A stretch of DNA of 64,000 bases from Chrysomallon squamiferum (Eukaryota; Animalia; Mollusca), in assembly GCA_012295275.1 (NCBI GenBank), contig CM022671.1, positions 8,742,001 to 8,806,000 of the forward strand. The letters run 5' to 3'. The notes beneath the pieces were generated by a model, which had not been told where the DNA came from, searched no databases, and worked only from the letters and a program-made list of their open reading frames with translations. Positions 25,065-40,225 of this stretch are shown piece by piece. Numbering within the stretch: the stretch's first letter is position 1; every line of letters begins with the position of its first letter. A program made the position numbers and the translations under genes.

Positions 25065-25450
25065 TATAGACTATTCTTTCTGAAGAGTGAAAAGTATTTT
25101 TTCATACACCATTGTAAATTACTAGAATTGGAAATTGGAAATAGTTTGATAGGCTATTCTTTCCAAAAGTGACGAGAATTATGACAATTTCTGTTACAAT
25201 AATCAATACTTATCTTTTCATAGATCATTGTAAATGGCTAGAACAGGAAATAGTTCCATAAGCTGCTCTATCTGAAACTTGATAAACGTTCTTGCTATGT
25301 TAATTTACACTTTAAAAATCAATGCTTATCTTTTCATGATGCAACAATTGTAATGGCCTGAAATAGTTCCACAGGCATTTCATTTTGAAAGTAATAAATA
25401 TTCTTGCTATGTTAATTTCTGTTACAAGAATTAAATATCTTCTTTTTTTT
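25065..25450. repeat. Degenerate tandem triplication, period about 110-120 bp
   Basis: Recurring blocks CTTATCTTTTCAT, TTGTAA(A)TGGC, GAAATAGTT and TTCTTGCTATGTTAATTT. Confidence 0.65.
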
Positions 25451-25857
25451 CACAGAGCAGTGTTTGAGTGCTGCCTGGAATGTGAAATGAGCCTGTATGT
25501 TACAAAGTACTTTAACAGTGACAGATATTCAGTAGTCAGTCAGTAAAAAAAAATTAACGTGCTAATCAGAGCAAGCTGTTGTAAGCACGTCTGCAACAGT
25601 CACCTCTGACAAAGCCGAGGGGTGTGTCTGTCTCGTATTCTTGAAATGATAGTGTTTGTCACGGGTAACTGGTTGTAATGGGAAATCATTCAGTGGGCCA
25701 CTCTTTCTGAAAGAGACAGCGATGTGGTCAGTTTGGTGAGACAAGCTGGTTCACTCAGGATCCTGACAGAAAGAGACACAGCTGTCATTAGTTAGTGTCA
25801 CTTCACAGCAGGCACAGTTCCAGTTCTTAGGCAATATAATCCAAGATCCATGGTTTA

Positions 25858-25861
<4 letters not shown>

Positions 25862-25928
<67 letters not shown>
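25862..25928. repeat. (TG)n microsatellite
   Basis: Direct read. Confidence 0.95.
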
Positions 25929-25930
<2 letters not shown>

Positions 25931-28900
25931 TTATTTATTTCTGCTGTGATTTATTAAGAAACCATTACCAGAGTTAAGTTTTTCAATATCTGTTATCACA
26001 GAAACCTACATGCAGTCACTAACAAATCTTTCATTTACCAACACCAAAAATAATAATAATAATTAAAATCTGTACCCAGTCCAGACAACGATCATCCACT
26101 TTGTTTCTACAAGTTAACAGTTATTCTGCCGGTTGTTACAAGAAAATGCAATCAGATGTGACTCAGCTGCAAACATTGGTTGTGATCCAGCGAGACAACA
26201 GACAGGTTGTTAATACTGTTATTAAATGGAAATGGATAAAGTTAATCTTAAGCCAGCCAATACAAGCAGCAACCTTGTAATTGATTTGTTACACTCTTGA
26301 GACAGCAAGAGATGCTTCTTGCATGGAGCATTTCCACACTAATGTCAAACGTGACTGAAAACGAGGGATATCCGATGTCTTTACTCCAATTAACACTGAT
26401 ATTCTCTAGTGATCAGTGTCATACAAAAGGGGTCAGTACACACAGTGTTAAATAAACTCATTTTTAACAACACAAAACATTATAATCATTCTTAACTTCT
26501 TATTGGTTTATCATGCACAGAAATGTGTTAGTGCACTAATGTTTTAACTAATGGTGACAGACAGTAAGAAACTATGGGTCAAAGTCAACAGTCAAAGGGT
26601 ATCAAAATACTTTGATGAATATGATAATGATTCAGATGAATAAATTAAAATTTAAGTAACTATGTAAAATGTTTCTAACGCACTAGTAACTTAATTATCA
26701 CTATACAAAGGTAAATATTTAATGTCATTAAAATATTTAAACTGTATATATTCCCTTATAACAAAACAAGTGTATGTCTTAATTATGATATGAATATATG
26801 TGTATGTATGTATGAATGTATGTATGCATGTATGTCTGTTTGTATGTATGTATGAAGCTATGTATATATATCATTTACAAATAAACTTGCATATATATAA
26901 AACTGTATGCATGTGTATATTCAAGTAGTATGCATATTCTTGTATTATATATGTGGATTTTTAAAATATTATATGTACTATACGTTCATATCATGTGTGT
27001 GTGTGCATAAGAAGTCATGTATGTATGTATGTATGTGTACACCTATTATGTACATTTACATGCTAATGAGTGTAGAGTTAACCTGTCACAATCCAAACAC
27101 TGAAAAGAAGTCACACAATCTCGCAGTTTTCACTAAAGAGAAGTACGTGTATCTACACTTTAACACAGTGAGAAAGATTTCAACACAAAGCTGGCAAAGT
27201 CCTCTTCCAGCCAGATTCACTAAACATTATCCAAACTGACAGAAGCACTTCATCGTCTACACCAGCACCCTGCACTGGTGTGAAAGTGTACATGCCTGCC
27301 ATGTTACAGTTCAGTACAAAACATTCTCAATCAAACAGCAATTACAGGCCATCTTCTCCTCTTGCTTTGTGTTTACTTGTTTTCTTCTATTTTTAAACCT
27401 CGGTTATATTAAGGTGCTTTCTGTGTAAATGTGTGAATTTATTTGTATGTATGGGGTTTTTTTTTTTGGTATTTTTGAGTGGTGTATGTGCTTATGTTTG
27501 TGTTTTTACATCTATGTGTATTTATTCTTTTCAAAACCATAATTAAGATGCATAGTTAAAACTATAGTGAACTCAATAATCTGGTTGTATCTATTACACA
27601 GATTAACACTTGAAGTTATTTTAAAAATAATTTACATCTATACTTTTATATCTACACTTGTTTTAAAAAATTTACATCTATACTTTTTATAAAAAATTTA
27701 CAGATACATCTGATATTAAAATTTACACCTACACATATTTTTACTGAAGATTTACACATATACTTGTTATCAGTGATTCACACGTATATGAAATTCAGTT
27801 TTGTCTAGTTAGTACTAATAAACCTAATACCTGTCTTATTGCTTCCAGAGGTTTAAAGAATGCCAGTACTTCATTAATTAATTACCTTTCTAAGACAAGT
27901 CAGGTGTTTCAGGAGGAAGACAGATCATCATTTTGCTGTTAATGGATGTCAGAAAGTTGAAGACTTCTACTGTTGAGGGTTTTTTTTAGGTGTTTTTTCA
28001 TTTTACTTTTTTAATGTTTACAATTTTTTTATTTTTCATTTTGTTTCTGTTTTTAAAGTATCTTTTTTTTTAATTTTCGATATATCAAGATCTTTTAAGA
28101 TTTATATGTTAATATTTTATTATAAAAAGTCTGTTATCTGGTTTTCATTTTTTTTTTTTTTTTTAAAGTTACTTTCTTGTTTATGATTTGTTTATGTTTG
28201 TGGTATGTATCTGTTGTCTATGATTTTATATCTCTTAAGTTTTAATCTAAATTAATGTCAACATTATTTTTTTTTCTTTGGTTTTATGATTGTAAGTTTG
28301 TTTGTATGTCTGTTTTGTGTGTATGTGTGTCTCCATGTGTCTGTGGGTATTTAAAAGCCACTATATAGATTAGAATAATGGTAGTTTTAGTGGTAGTAGT
28401 GGTTGTGATGTTGGTGGTAGTATCATATTAAGGATAAGATTGGTGATGATGTTGTAGTTGTGATCATAGTTATGGTAGTAGTGGTTACTTAATGTACTAG
28501 TAGTAATAAAAGTAGTGGTGGTAGCAGTATAATGATGATGGCTGTTACAGTAGTTCTGATAAATGTATATGACAGACATTACAATAATCTGTTATTTTCA
28601 AAGAACATTCCCTCCCTCGCTATTTCTATTTCTAGTTACAACTTGAACAAAGATCAGGATTCATTCTGATTTTTTTTTTAATATTGTGCCCAAGATAAGG
28701 AAGTCTATTACATTTTGACATTTAGTTATTGAGTTGTTCTTATCAGATCTGACAAATAACAAGAAGAAGTAATTAAACACTGGTGTAGGAAATCCATTAT
28801 GGCTGCCATCACACAAGTGGATGTTAAAGTCAGAACATGATTAAGTTACCCACACTGCAAGTTGAAATCACATGTAAGATAAAATAGGGTTTTAAAAACA

Positions 28901-29029
28901 AGAAGATGATAACGATGAAGAAAAAAAAACAACATCCCAGTGGATTAAATGTTTGTGCAGTATAATTACATACTTTTAAAGAAGGAAAAATAATCAGATT
29001 TAAATTTATTTCATTATTAAAAATGTCTA

Positions 29030-29031
<2 letters not shown>

Positions 29032-29096
<65 letters not shown>
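29032..29096. repeat. (AG)n microsatellite
   Basis: Direct read. Confidence 0.95.
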
Positions 29097-29098
<2 letters not shown>

Positions 29099-29569
29099 CA
29101 TTACAGAACACAGAACAAGATCATATGGAATTTTTTTTTGTTTTGTTCTATTTTCTTTTTTTTTTTTTTTTTTGTGTTTAAGATTTATGTATTTATATAT
29201 TTTTTTCATGTCATGATTCTAAAATTCTAAATCCAAACATTATTATGAGTAACATTATATAACTAACAGTGTACAATGTAAAAAAAGGTTAGCAGATACC
29301 ACGGTTTATCAGACATGAGTTATCTGTTGATGTCTGAAGATTAAAGTGAATACTTTACCTCATCAAGTAATAATGGGCTTTATTACTCCTCTCTCCATAA
29401 ACCTATTTTAGAAGCCAGCTTGTAATATTTGTTGATAATGGAAAACATGCCAGTATATTAAAACATTTGCATGTGTGTGTGTGTGTGTGTGTAAGTGCAT
29501 ATGCATGTGTCTTATATTCAGTGATGTTTTTAATGTTGCAGCTATTACATGGACTGGTTTGCTTGTGAA

Positions 29570-29600
<31 letters not shown>

Positions 29601-29625
29601 CACACACACACACACACACACACAG

Positions 29626-29668
<43 letters not shown>

Positions 29669-29676
29669 CACACACA
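29570..29676. repeat. Interrupted (AC)n microsatellite
   Basis: (AC)n blocks punctuated by GAA. Confidence 0.95.
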
Positions 29677-31479
29677 TATACAGTGGTTATGTTAACTGAA
29701 GCATACACTATTTCAACTGCTGGATACTTCAGGCTATGTGTATATTTGTATTTTTCAATGAATAAATGAATGTTGACTGCTGTGTTTCTTTAACTGGTGA
29801 ATGATTCACCCTAAATTGAAAAAAATTAGTTTGGAGGTGAATGAAACTAAAGGAAGATTAACATGGAAATTATCAAGAACCACAACAACAACAAAATAAT
29901 AATAACAATAATAATAATAATAATAATAATAATTAAAAATAAAAATATTAAAAAAGGTTTGAGAGGACATTTTCTAATAAGATTGTAGGGTGTATGATAC
30001 TGAAAATGTTTAAAAGGCACTGCTTTAATGTCAGCTCAAGATATTTTTATAGTAACAGTAACTGCTTGTTAATCATAACATTGATATGAAACCTGCTTTC
30101 ATAGCAAAGAAAACACCTTTATGCATATGCATCTGTGCTTATGTATATATATATGTGTGTGTCTGTCTATGTATGTGTATTTATATGATTAGACTAGCAA
30201 CAACTATAAAAGTAATAAATTTACATTCATCATCATCATCATCATCAATATGTCTGTAACAAAAATCAATTACAAAACTTCCGTTCAGATATACTTTGTA
30301 TTATTTTCACTTGTTTAACATTGTTGATTGTGTAACATTGTTCTTTACTAAAATAGTTATTTTGTTTTACAATGTAATAACTGAGACAGTAAACAGGATA
30401 TAAAACAAAGAACATTATTACTAGAATGACTGATACAAAAAATTCACATATATGTGCACATATACATCTATATTACACATATCCTTTCATTATCATACAA
30501 TTAATATAAATTATATGTAAGTAAGTGTAAGTATCCACTTACATTCATACAGTTAACATAGCATTCTGGTATGTTAAATGGTAACTAAATATTTTAAAAT
30601 AAGAAGGAATTTTTACGTAAAATTAATAAGAAAATAATGAAGAAATATAGAAAAAGAAGGTATATCAATCTCTGTTTGAAGAGCTTAAAAAGTTGATATA
30701 TTTATCTATTAACCTAGAGTAGTAATTGTAACGTATATTCTTTTACTTAACCACAGTATGTACAAAACATTAGATATGTTATGTTCAGACTAGAAAACAA
30801 CAATGTATAAGTAAAATATTTCATACCTGACTTCTAGTATCACATACATGGAATATAATCCAGTATCATATATGACTTGGACTGCGTAAAACACTTTAAT
30901 TTATCTAAGATTTTTCTTTTTATTGATATGAATCAGAATTATCTATAAGTAGGATGGGAACTTTTTTCTATAACAAACACTCTGAAAAATAGGATATTGC
31001 AAAATAATTTTGAATCATTCTGTAATAACCATTTAAAAATAGCATTGTATATAAAAGTATATACAATACTGCAGGATATAAGAAAGCTGCAGTCAATGGT
31101 TTTCATGGTTGAGTGAACAACAGGTAAAGGGGAACACACGAGGAAGTGATAAGATCCAAAAATGACTAAAATCATGTCGTCCTGTAAATATGACACAGAG
31201 TATAAAAACACAGAACTCTGTTTTCTTACTAGTGACCAGGATGATGGCTCACAAAGACAATGGGTGGAGACATCATTCTTTCACTCATGGTAAGAAACAA
31301 AAGGAAGTTGTAACTGATACCAGGTAGACAAATGCTACAGGTAACACTATCAGTGTCACGACTAAATGAAATTTAAGAAGCAGAAACTACACGAAATTTG
31401 AAAATTAAAAACATGATGAAATTTGCACAGGAAGATGTTGTACAGTGAAATCCTCATCATGACAACAGATGAACTCATT

Positions 31480-31790
31480 TAACATTAACAGTAATTAAAT
31501 TATAATATTAACTGTTGTTAGGTTATAATATTAAAAATAATTATGTTATTTCAGTAATTATATATTATAAGTTTATAAAATAACAGAATTTATATTATAA
31601 TATATAAGTAATAATGTATTATAACAGGTTATAATATTAACAGTAATAATGTATTATAACAGGTTATAATATTAACAGTAATTATGTATTATAACAGGTT
31701 ATAATATTAACAGTAATTATGTATTATAACAGTTTATAATAATATTAACAGTAATTACGTTATAATATATTGGTAATTACGTATTATAAG
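31480..31790. repeat. 35-bp AT-rich minisatellite
   Basis: Unit TTATAATATTAACAGTAATTATGTATTATAACAGG. Confidence 0.85.
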
Positions 31791-32847
31791 AAGATTATTA
31801 TTATTTTGTTTTTATTATTATTTTTAATAATAAATCATCCCTGTTAAATGTATGTGAATTGTCCAAAGAAAAATAATCAGGAAAATAATAAGTTATAATA
31901 ATAATAAGTTATAATAATAATATATATATATAACATATATATACTGAATTTAAAAGTCCTTTGACCTACAATAATTGTTCTATTCAGTCAGGAAATAACA
32001 AAACCAGTTCTTCAACATGCTGGGTAAACACAGATAACACACGGGACTCTAATCTCCTTTTAGTCATTTTATTTTTCACTGTTGTTTATTATATCTTTAT
32101 ATCCAATAAACGCTGTTATATTAGCTTCTCAGTTGTTTTTTTTTTTTTTTTTTTTTTTTTTTCTTTATCATTTTGCTTGAGAGCATAGAATACTCAATAC
32201 TAATGGACCACAAATCCTGCCTTTATAAGTTCATTAATTGAGGGCTGTCAGCAAAATGTATACGAACTTCTAGTAAAACATTAACTGTGGGTTTATACAT
32301 ATATTATATGGTGTATAGTTATAAGAATATTTTATGACTTGATGAGACATATGTAAGTAATAAGATAAGCAATGTACTGATGCATGTGCAAAGTAAATGG
32401 TAATTTACACATTGTTTATACAAACTCATGTATGTCCAATGACTAATTTATGAAAGTAACAGAAAGGGAAAGGAAAATAATATTTCCACAAAATTAACCT
32501 GTATGTGGTGGTTACAAATATGTCTTAGTCTGGATGTTATGTATTGTATATATATTTCTAAAATGTATTTTGAACAAAGATTAATGATTTAATTCCAAGC
32601 CAGTTAAATGAAAATCTATAACAACAACATCAACAACAATAAAACAACAATAACAATAATAATAATAATCAAAATTTAAAACTAAACTAATAACTGAATG
32701 AGCCATGTGAATTTTTATATGTGGACTGAACTTCTTATTGCAAATAGATATTATCAAAAAATAAATAAGGTTTCATTAAGTAAATTAATTTGTTACTATC
32801 CATGAAAGGTATTAAGCATAAAATGTGTTACTCCATTTGTACATGTA

Positions 32848-33115
32848 AATTTCAAATCCTGGCATTGAGAATACAACAAACAAACAAACAAACTTCAAAA
32901 CAAGGCTATATTTTAACTGTCTGTATGAAACAATGATAATATTAGTGAATACACATTTCAAATCCTGGCACTGTCAGTACAATAAACAAATAAACTTCAA
33001 AACAAGGCTAATTTTTTAACTGTTTGTGTAAGACACCAGGTATGAAACAATGATAATATTTGGGTATTCCCATTTTAAATCCTGATACTGACAAAACAAT
33101 AAACAAATAAATTTA
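32848..33115. repeat. Tandem duplication, about 106-117-bp period, about 2.4 copies
   Basis: ATTTCAAATCCTGGCA...AAACTTCAAAACAAGGCTA...TATGAAACAATGATAATATT starting near 32849, 32955 and 33072. Confidence 0.8.
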
Positions 33116-33904
33116 AAAATGAAGTTAATCTGTTCAAGATTCCTAGTAAAAAATTATGTAATTATGTTTGCGATATATAAATTTTAAACTCTATCACTTA
33201 CAACTAACAAAAAACTTTCAACATCATGACAAAACCCCCACAAAAAACCCCTAAAACATAAAAAAGACAGAATAACCTATATAACAAAAGTATAAAAAAA
33301 AGCAAAAAAAAACAACTGTATCCATTAAATAACGACATACCTTCTTACTCTTCACTTTTCAAATGATGCAGGTAAACATGACTATTTGCACAGATCTGTG
33401 TGACATACGAGTGTTATGTACTGTCAGCCACTGTCCAGTGTGAACAAACACTTTATACACTGCAGCTAAACATAGGGCGTTGCACTGTTTCCGACTTCAC
33501 AAACACAACTGCACCTGACCCTCACATCCAAATGTAAATCACTGTTCACAAAACATCACAAGTTGATTCCTACCTGTAACCTAACTCAGAACAAACTGAG
33601 TCCTCTCACAGCAGACCACAAAGAAGAAATCAGTAGTAAAAATCAAGAGAGAGAAATTTGATATTTTTTCCTTATGATATTAGCCACACCTTAATATGTC
33701 ACAATATTTGGGGTTCTCAGTATCAGGTTTCTTACCTGAAATTCAGACAGGTATAAACAGACTGTATATGACTAAGCAATAAGCAAATTTGGTTAAACGG
33801 TGAAATTTAAGAAGATTTTGTTGACAACAAAAGGAGTTGTAATAGATTTACTGTGGTCAGTACTTTGTGAAGATCTGTGTGGAATGGACAGATAATGGAG
33901 AAAA

Positions 33905-34535
33905 CTGCAGGTGTGCTTTGAACTATATTTAGTGAGTGAAAAATCTGTAAGGGGAGTTGTAAACAACATTTAGTGAACTGTAAACAATAAAATTAAAAAT
34001 TCTGTAAGGGGAAATGTAAACAACATTTAGTGAGTTGTAAACAATAAAAGTAAAAATTCTGTAAGGCGAGTTGTAAAGAAAATATAAGGAGAATGAGAAT
34101 GAACAACATTTGGTGAGATGTAAACAATATAATACAAGTAAATACAATATAAGGTGAGCTTTAAACAGCTTTTGGTGAGCTGTAAACTGAAATTACAATA
34201 GAAGTGAAGACAATATGAAGTGAGCAAAACCAAGACAGATGAAACATAAAGAACATGTAATGAAATGTAAACAATAGTATGTGAGTTGCATACAATATAA
34301 ATAAGGATAATACAAGATGAGGTGAGCTGTATACAATATTTGAAGAGTTGTATATGACAGAAATAAAGATAGTACATGAAACAAGTTAGGGAGTTGTAAA
34401 CAGCATAATGTGGCTGATTACAAGATATAAATACAAGATAAAAAGTAAGGTATGAATTATACAAGGCAATGTGTAAACAACAGTTGGTAAACTGTAAACA
34501 TTAAACAATTAAAATGTCATGAATTGTAAACATCA
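33905..34535. repeat. Degenerate tandem repeat with GTGAGTTGTAAACAA core
   Basis: Core recurs many times; explains the spurious Tyr/Leu-rich ORFs at 33929-34464. Confidence 0.75.
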
Positions 34536-37500
34536 GGTAAGCAGGGGAAAATGTTAAAGGTTGTTTGTCAAAAAAAAAATAAAGAAAAGAAATTAAAAAA
34601 AATTATAAGATGCAAACAAGAAGAGACAGCCATAAACAACAGAAAGGGTAGAAACCAACAAAGTGAATCTGGAAACAAAAGTGAAATAAAAAACACCAGT
34701 TTGTCATGAACATTACAGGTGAACTGTGCCCTCCAGAAAGACTGGCTGCAGGAAAATAACTGTGTGCTAGTTAGTTCTGCTAAGAAAGGAATGAATATTC
34801 TGCTTTGTGTTCAGAAACAGGACTTGAGGTTTCAGTTTAAGGGTTCACTGGATGAGTTCAGTTAGTCGGTCAGTGACTAAACGAACGGGTAAATTTTTTT
34901 TAATGGAACACAGAGATCAGTTTCCTACCTGTGTTTTGCTCCAGGTAAACATGTAAATTAAGACCTTTTAGCAGACACTCAAGTTACAGTTCGTAACATT
35001 CTGAAATTGCATAAGATTAACTGAAATCTGTACAAAAAATATTTATGAATGTTAAGAAAATTAAGTGTCTTAATATCTACTGTTGAACTAAATCCTATTT
35101 AAGTTATTTGTAATGATATGAGAAAATATATTTTCCATATATACCTTCCCATAGGTACGAAAATACATATCAAAAACGGATGCAGATAAATCAGTTACAA
35201 GACAACAGCTGGAATAAGAAATAGCCCACAGGATAGATCCTGAAACCCAAAACATCTCAGTCAAGTGTTGAAACACCAATCTGCACCATCTCTTTCATAT
35301 CAATAATTTATATACATGTTGTTCAGAGCAAAGATTTCAAGTAGTCTTTATGTATTTTCTTTAATCTCATTTACAGAAAATATTATATAGTACCAGTGTA
35401 AATGCTACCAATCACTGTACAAACATTACAAAGTCTGATATATTAACGTCTAAAATTTTTACAGCATGTACACATCTGTAGTACTCACAATTTAATCCTT
35501 TCAAAGAAATATTTAGAATTTATGCTCACAAGCTCTGCAATAAATTTTTGAATGTAAATAAAATTATACAAGTTACATGTTTCCAGATTATGTTTCTTTT
35601 TTGGGGGGTTTGTTATGTGATTGCAATTTTTATTTTATTTTATTTTATTATTTTTAAAATTTTTGTTATTTTTTAATTTTATTTAATTTTATTAAATTTA
35701 CCTATATGAAAAAAAAAAGTATATATGGGGTGGTTATATGTGTTTGGAACTATTGGTTACTTGAACATGACTACAACTGTGATGGTTAAAAAAATAACAA
35801 AAATAAAAACATATGACCCAAAATTTTTACTATAAAACACTGAATCATCTCCTGAGGAATAAAACAATTCATTATAAACAATACTTGTTATTATAATTTT
35901 GAACAATAAAAATTAAAAAAATAAATTACTGATAAAATTATAATATAGTAATACTTCAACATATGGGTCAAATAACATTTCCCAATACTATTAGCATCTT
36001 CAAACATTAGACTGGCTTTTACAGCTTCTTTTCAATACAAAAAGTTAAATGTTTCTTACAGTGCTCAGTATAGTGTAAGATGTCCCAGACAAGCATTTAG
36101 TTTAATGTGTTTATATGTGTGCTCATAACAAAATACACTTGTACAAGTGTTTAGGTATTATAATTCCCAAATAAAACACATAAGCACACATGTATGTATA
36201 CATAGCTATATTTTCTATATCTTTTTCTCTCTCAGTTTCTTTTATTTCATATAAACTGAGCAAAAAACAACATAAAGCCACACAGATACAGATATAAAAT
36301 TTAAAAAAAAAGTTGTTTTCATGTTATTCACACAAAAGCCTTCCACAATTCATCAGATATCTATTGAGAAGTAATACCACACAGCAAACCAGTTTCTCAT
36401 CTAAATGGAATACTGTCACTTTGATAACAACATGTACAAAGTTTACATCAGCCATCCCTGATGACTTGTCAATAGTTTCGTTTCTTTCAACATCTTACTT
36501 CTTAAATTGTAACTTGCCAAACTTACAGCTTTCAATTCAGTTTTTTAATAAAATTATTTTCAAGTCAGTCTGTAATACACTGACAAACTGAAGAAAAATG
36601 ATTTTAATAAAATTTTCTCATTTTCTGCCGAGCCAAAATAAGGTCATTGAAGAGTAAAGAAATGTCCTGATGGATAAAAAGTGGTTTAATTTGTACAAAG
36701 TAAATACTTTTTTTTTTCCTTTACTAATTACACAGAAGAAGAAGAAGAAGAAAGAAGAAGAAGATAAAGAAGAAGAAGAAGGAATTTTGAAAAGCTAAAA
36801 ATGTAAAACAAGAGAGGAATTTTTTTTAAAATCAGTACAAAAAAGAAAAATATTTTCTCTTTGGGAAAAAAAGTACAAAAAAAGATGTGCTGGTGTTAAA
36901 GGATTCCATTTGTTTAGTGAATACAAATTAAATATATAAATATCCTAGTTCGTACAAAAAACAAAAAAATACACACATATACACAGACATATATTACTGA
37001 AACACATGCACATAAAAATTAACAGACACTATACAAGGAAATGCATTTCTAAAGCAAATGTCATGAGTTTTTATAAATTGTTCTAAGATCAGTCATACTT
37101 TTATACACATCAATTAGCAGAAAGATGTACCTTTAATATTGATATGCACCTGTAATTTGTATTTCTAATACATTAAAAAACAATTTAAAAAACTATAAAA
37201 CCACTACATAAATATGACAAGAATGTAATAAAATTTTACTATTTTAAACTGCCGGTTGATGTCTGTTTTATAGAAAATACGTCCACAGTTTTTTTCATGA
37301 TCTTTCACTTTTTCTTTATTACTTTTAAAAAATGATTTTCTGTCACATCAGTGTGTCTAAAATAATGGGTTTTCTGTTTTAGAAGGTTTTTTTCCTCGTT
37401 TTTCTTTTTTGTTTTATTTTTATTATTATTATCATTATTTTGGTGTTTTATTTATTTAATTTTTTTTTATTTTTTTTTTTTTTTTTTTTTTGGAGTTTAT

Positions 37501-37939
37501 AATTTATTTTTTTTTCTTTCTTTCTTTTTAATTATTATGTTGATTTTACTTTGTTTAAAAAATTTATTTTATTTATTTATTTTATTGTACATATTTTTTT
37601 TTTTACCTCTTTAGCTATCCAAATTATAATACTGTAATAAATTTTAAAATAATGCAATAAAATAAAGACAAAATAAACTAAAGAAAATTTAGTAGCATTA
37701 TCAAAGTAATGAATGATCATGGTGTCTTAGAGTGAATAAAATTATCTTTTTATCATAAATACTGCAAAAGCAACTTTTTCCCTCAGCTTTTAATTTTTAC
37801 TGAAATACATATTTTAATACTTTAAGTATCATTTATTTTCCCTTCCTATATGTTTTTCCCTTCAGGATATAACCAATAATTTATTATTAACACTTGTTGG
37901 TTACACTTTGCATGACATAATCACTTTGCATGACATAAA

Positions 37940-38125
37940 CTTTGTTTTACAGAGTATTTTACAAAACAGTTTAACAGTGAAACAAAGTGTTACAGTGTAT
38001 TTTACAAAAGTCTAACAATGAAACATAGTGTTACAGAGTATCTTACAAAACTGTAAAACAAAGAGTTACAGAGAAACAGTGTTAGAGTATTTTATGAAAC
38101 AAATTTTAAAGTGAAACAAAGTTAA
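37940..38125. repeat. Degenerate 42-bp tandem repeat
   Basis: TTACAGAGTATTTTACAAAA...GTGAAACAAAGTG about 4 times. Confidence 0.7.
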
Positions 38126-39279
38126 ATAAAATCTTTTTTTTTATCTTTTTTTTTTTTTACAAAACTAACTTTAAAGTAAAATAAAGTCATAGAAAGTATA
38201 TAATTTTTGCAAAAAAAAAATATATATATATATATAGGACAATAAAGAAATCTTTATTAGTTAACAGTCTGTTCTAAAAGCAATGTTTACATTGATAATA
38301 AAAGGAAACCACACTGTTTTATAATAATGTTCAGTTCAAGTACATTGTATAATAAGGTCATTTTATGAGTGTATGTGTGTGTGTGTGTATGTTTAATTTT
38401 ATAAATATTATTTTATAATGGATTTTGTACATTAGACTGTATGCTTAACATTAGATGTTATCATTATCTTTTAACCTTTGTTAGATAAACAGATAAAACA
38501 TTAATATATCTACACTGAGGGCATTTAGTGTTGTTGTTTTCTGAACAAACTACAACAACATATATAAAGTTGAGTCAACCATATCAACAAACAACTTTTC
38601 TGCATTGTCATTAATATATATATAAATATGTATATAATGTTTATTTACCATAGATTAAATACTGACTTATAAACAACAAATAAAAAAATGTATTTATAAA
38701 CAAACATCAGATTAAATATTTGTTTACAAACAACAAATTAAATATTTATGAACAAACAACATATTAATCATTTATTCATAAATAACAGATCAAAGATATG
38801 AAAACACTTGGGCTGACGCAAGGTCTCAGATATGTGCAGTTTTATTTTGTGTCTGTTGCTTAGATGGATGTGTTAGGTTGTCTTCATTCAACCATCACCG
38901 AAAACATAGTTTTAAATTTCAATTTTTAATACAAAAATGAATAAACAAGGAGCTTGACAATAAATTAATATATATGACTGGGGAGTTTCTATTTAACCAA
39001 ATTTCATTAACATATAAACAAAAATAAATATCACATTGCAAGTCACAGTAACAATGATATAGAATATACATTACTGAACTATTATACTTTTTTGTTTTTT
39101 ATCCAGTATAAGTATATACTTAATTATGCAGATATGGTAAATTCAGACACTGTACATTTTCATGAGAATTCCAGGAACACCTCTTTTCAGAACGTGATGC
39201 ATTATTATACCAAAGTCAGGATTATATTAAAATAATGTGTGTATGTAGTATCCAGTACATCACAGGAATTCCATTACAA

Positions 39280-40225
39280 ATGGCTCACAGTTATTTAAAT
39301 AACACAGGTATCTCTTATCTAATACATCACTTTTATTTAAATAAGACATGTAATATATTATTTAAATATCACATGCAGCTTTTATCCAACATATCATTGT
39401 AATTTAAATACCACATACAGCTGTTATCCAATATATTAGTTTTTTAAATAACACAAAAAGCTCTTATCCAATATATCACAATTATTTAAATACTAGATAC
39501 AGCTCTTATCCAGTACATCACAATGATTTTAATACCACATGCAGCTCTTATCCAATATATCACAATTATTTAAATACTAGATACAGCTCTTATCCAGTAC
39601 ATCACAATGATTTTAATACCACATGCAGCTCTTATCCAATATATCACAATTATTTAAATACTAGATACAGCTCTTATCCAGTACATCACAATTATTTAAT
39701 ACCACATGCAGCTCTTATCCAATATATCACAATTATTTAAATACTAGATACAGCTCTTATCCAGTACATCACAATGATTTTAATACCACATGCAGCTCTT
39801 ATCCAATATATCACAATTATTTAAATACTAGATACAGCTCTTATCCAGTACATCACAATTATTTAATACCACATGCAGCTCTTATCCAATATATCACAAT
39901 TATTTAAATACTAGATACAGCTCTTATCCAGTACATCACAATGATTTTAATACCACATGCAGCTCTTATCCAATATATCACAATTATTTAAATACTAGAT
40001 ACAGCTCTTATCCAGTACATCACAATTATTTAATACCACATGCAGCTCTTATCCAATATATCACAATTATTTAAATACTATACACAGTTCTTATCCAATA
40101 TATCACAATTATTTAAATACCACACACAGCTCTTATCCAGTATATCACGTATTTAAATACCACACACAGCTCTTATCCAATATATCACAATAATTTAAAC
40201 ACACAGAGCTCTCAACCAATATAAC
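39280..40225. repeat. 42-bp satellite with higher-order structure, about 22 monomers
   Basis: Alternating A (CAGCTCTTATCCAATATATCACAATTATTTAAATACTAGATA) and B (CAGCTCTTATCCAGTACATCACAATGATTTTAATACCACATG) monomers. Confidence 0.97.

Noticed and set aside
25562-25744. 60-aa minus-strand ORF after a strong acceptor
   Set aside because: No recognisable protein and no good donor; kept only as a candidate non-coding exon.
33929-34464. 145-aa and neighbouring ORFs
   Set aside because: Arise from the degenerate GTGAGTTGTAAACAA tandem repeat.
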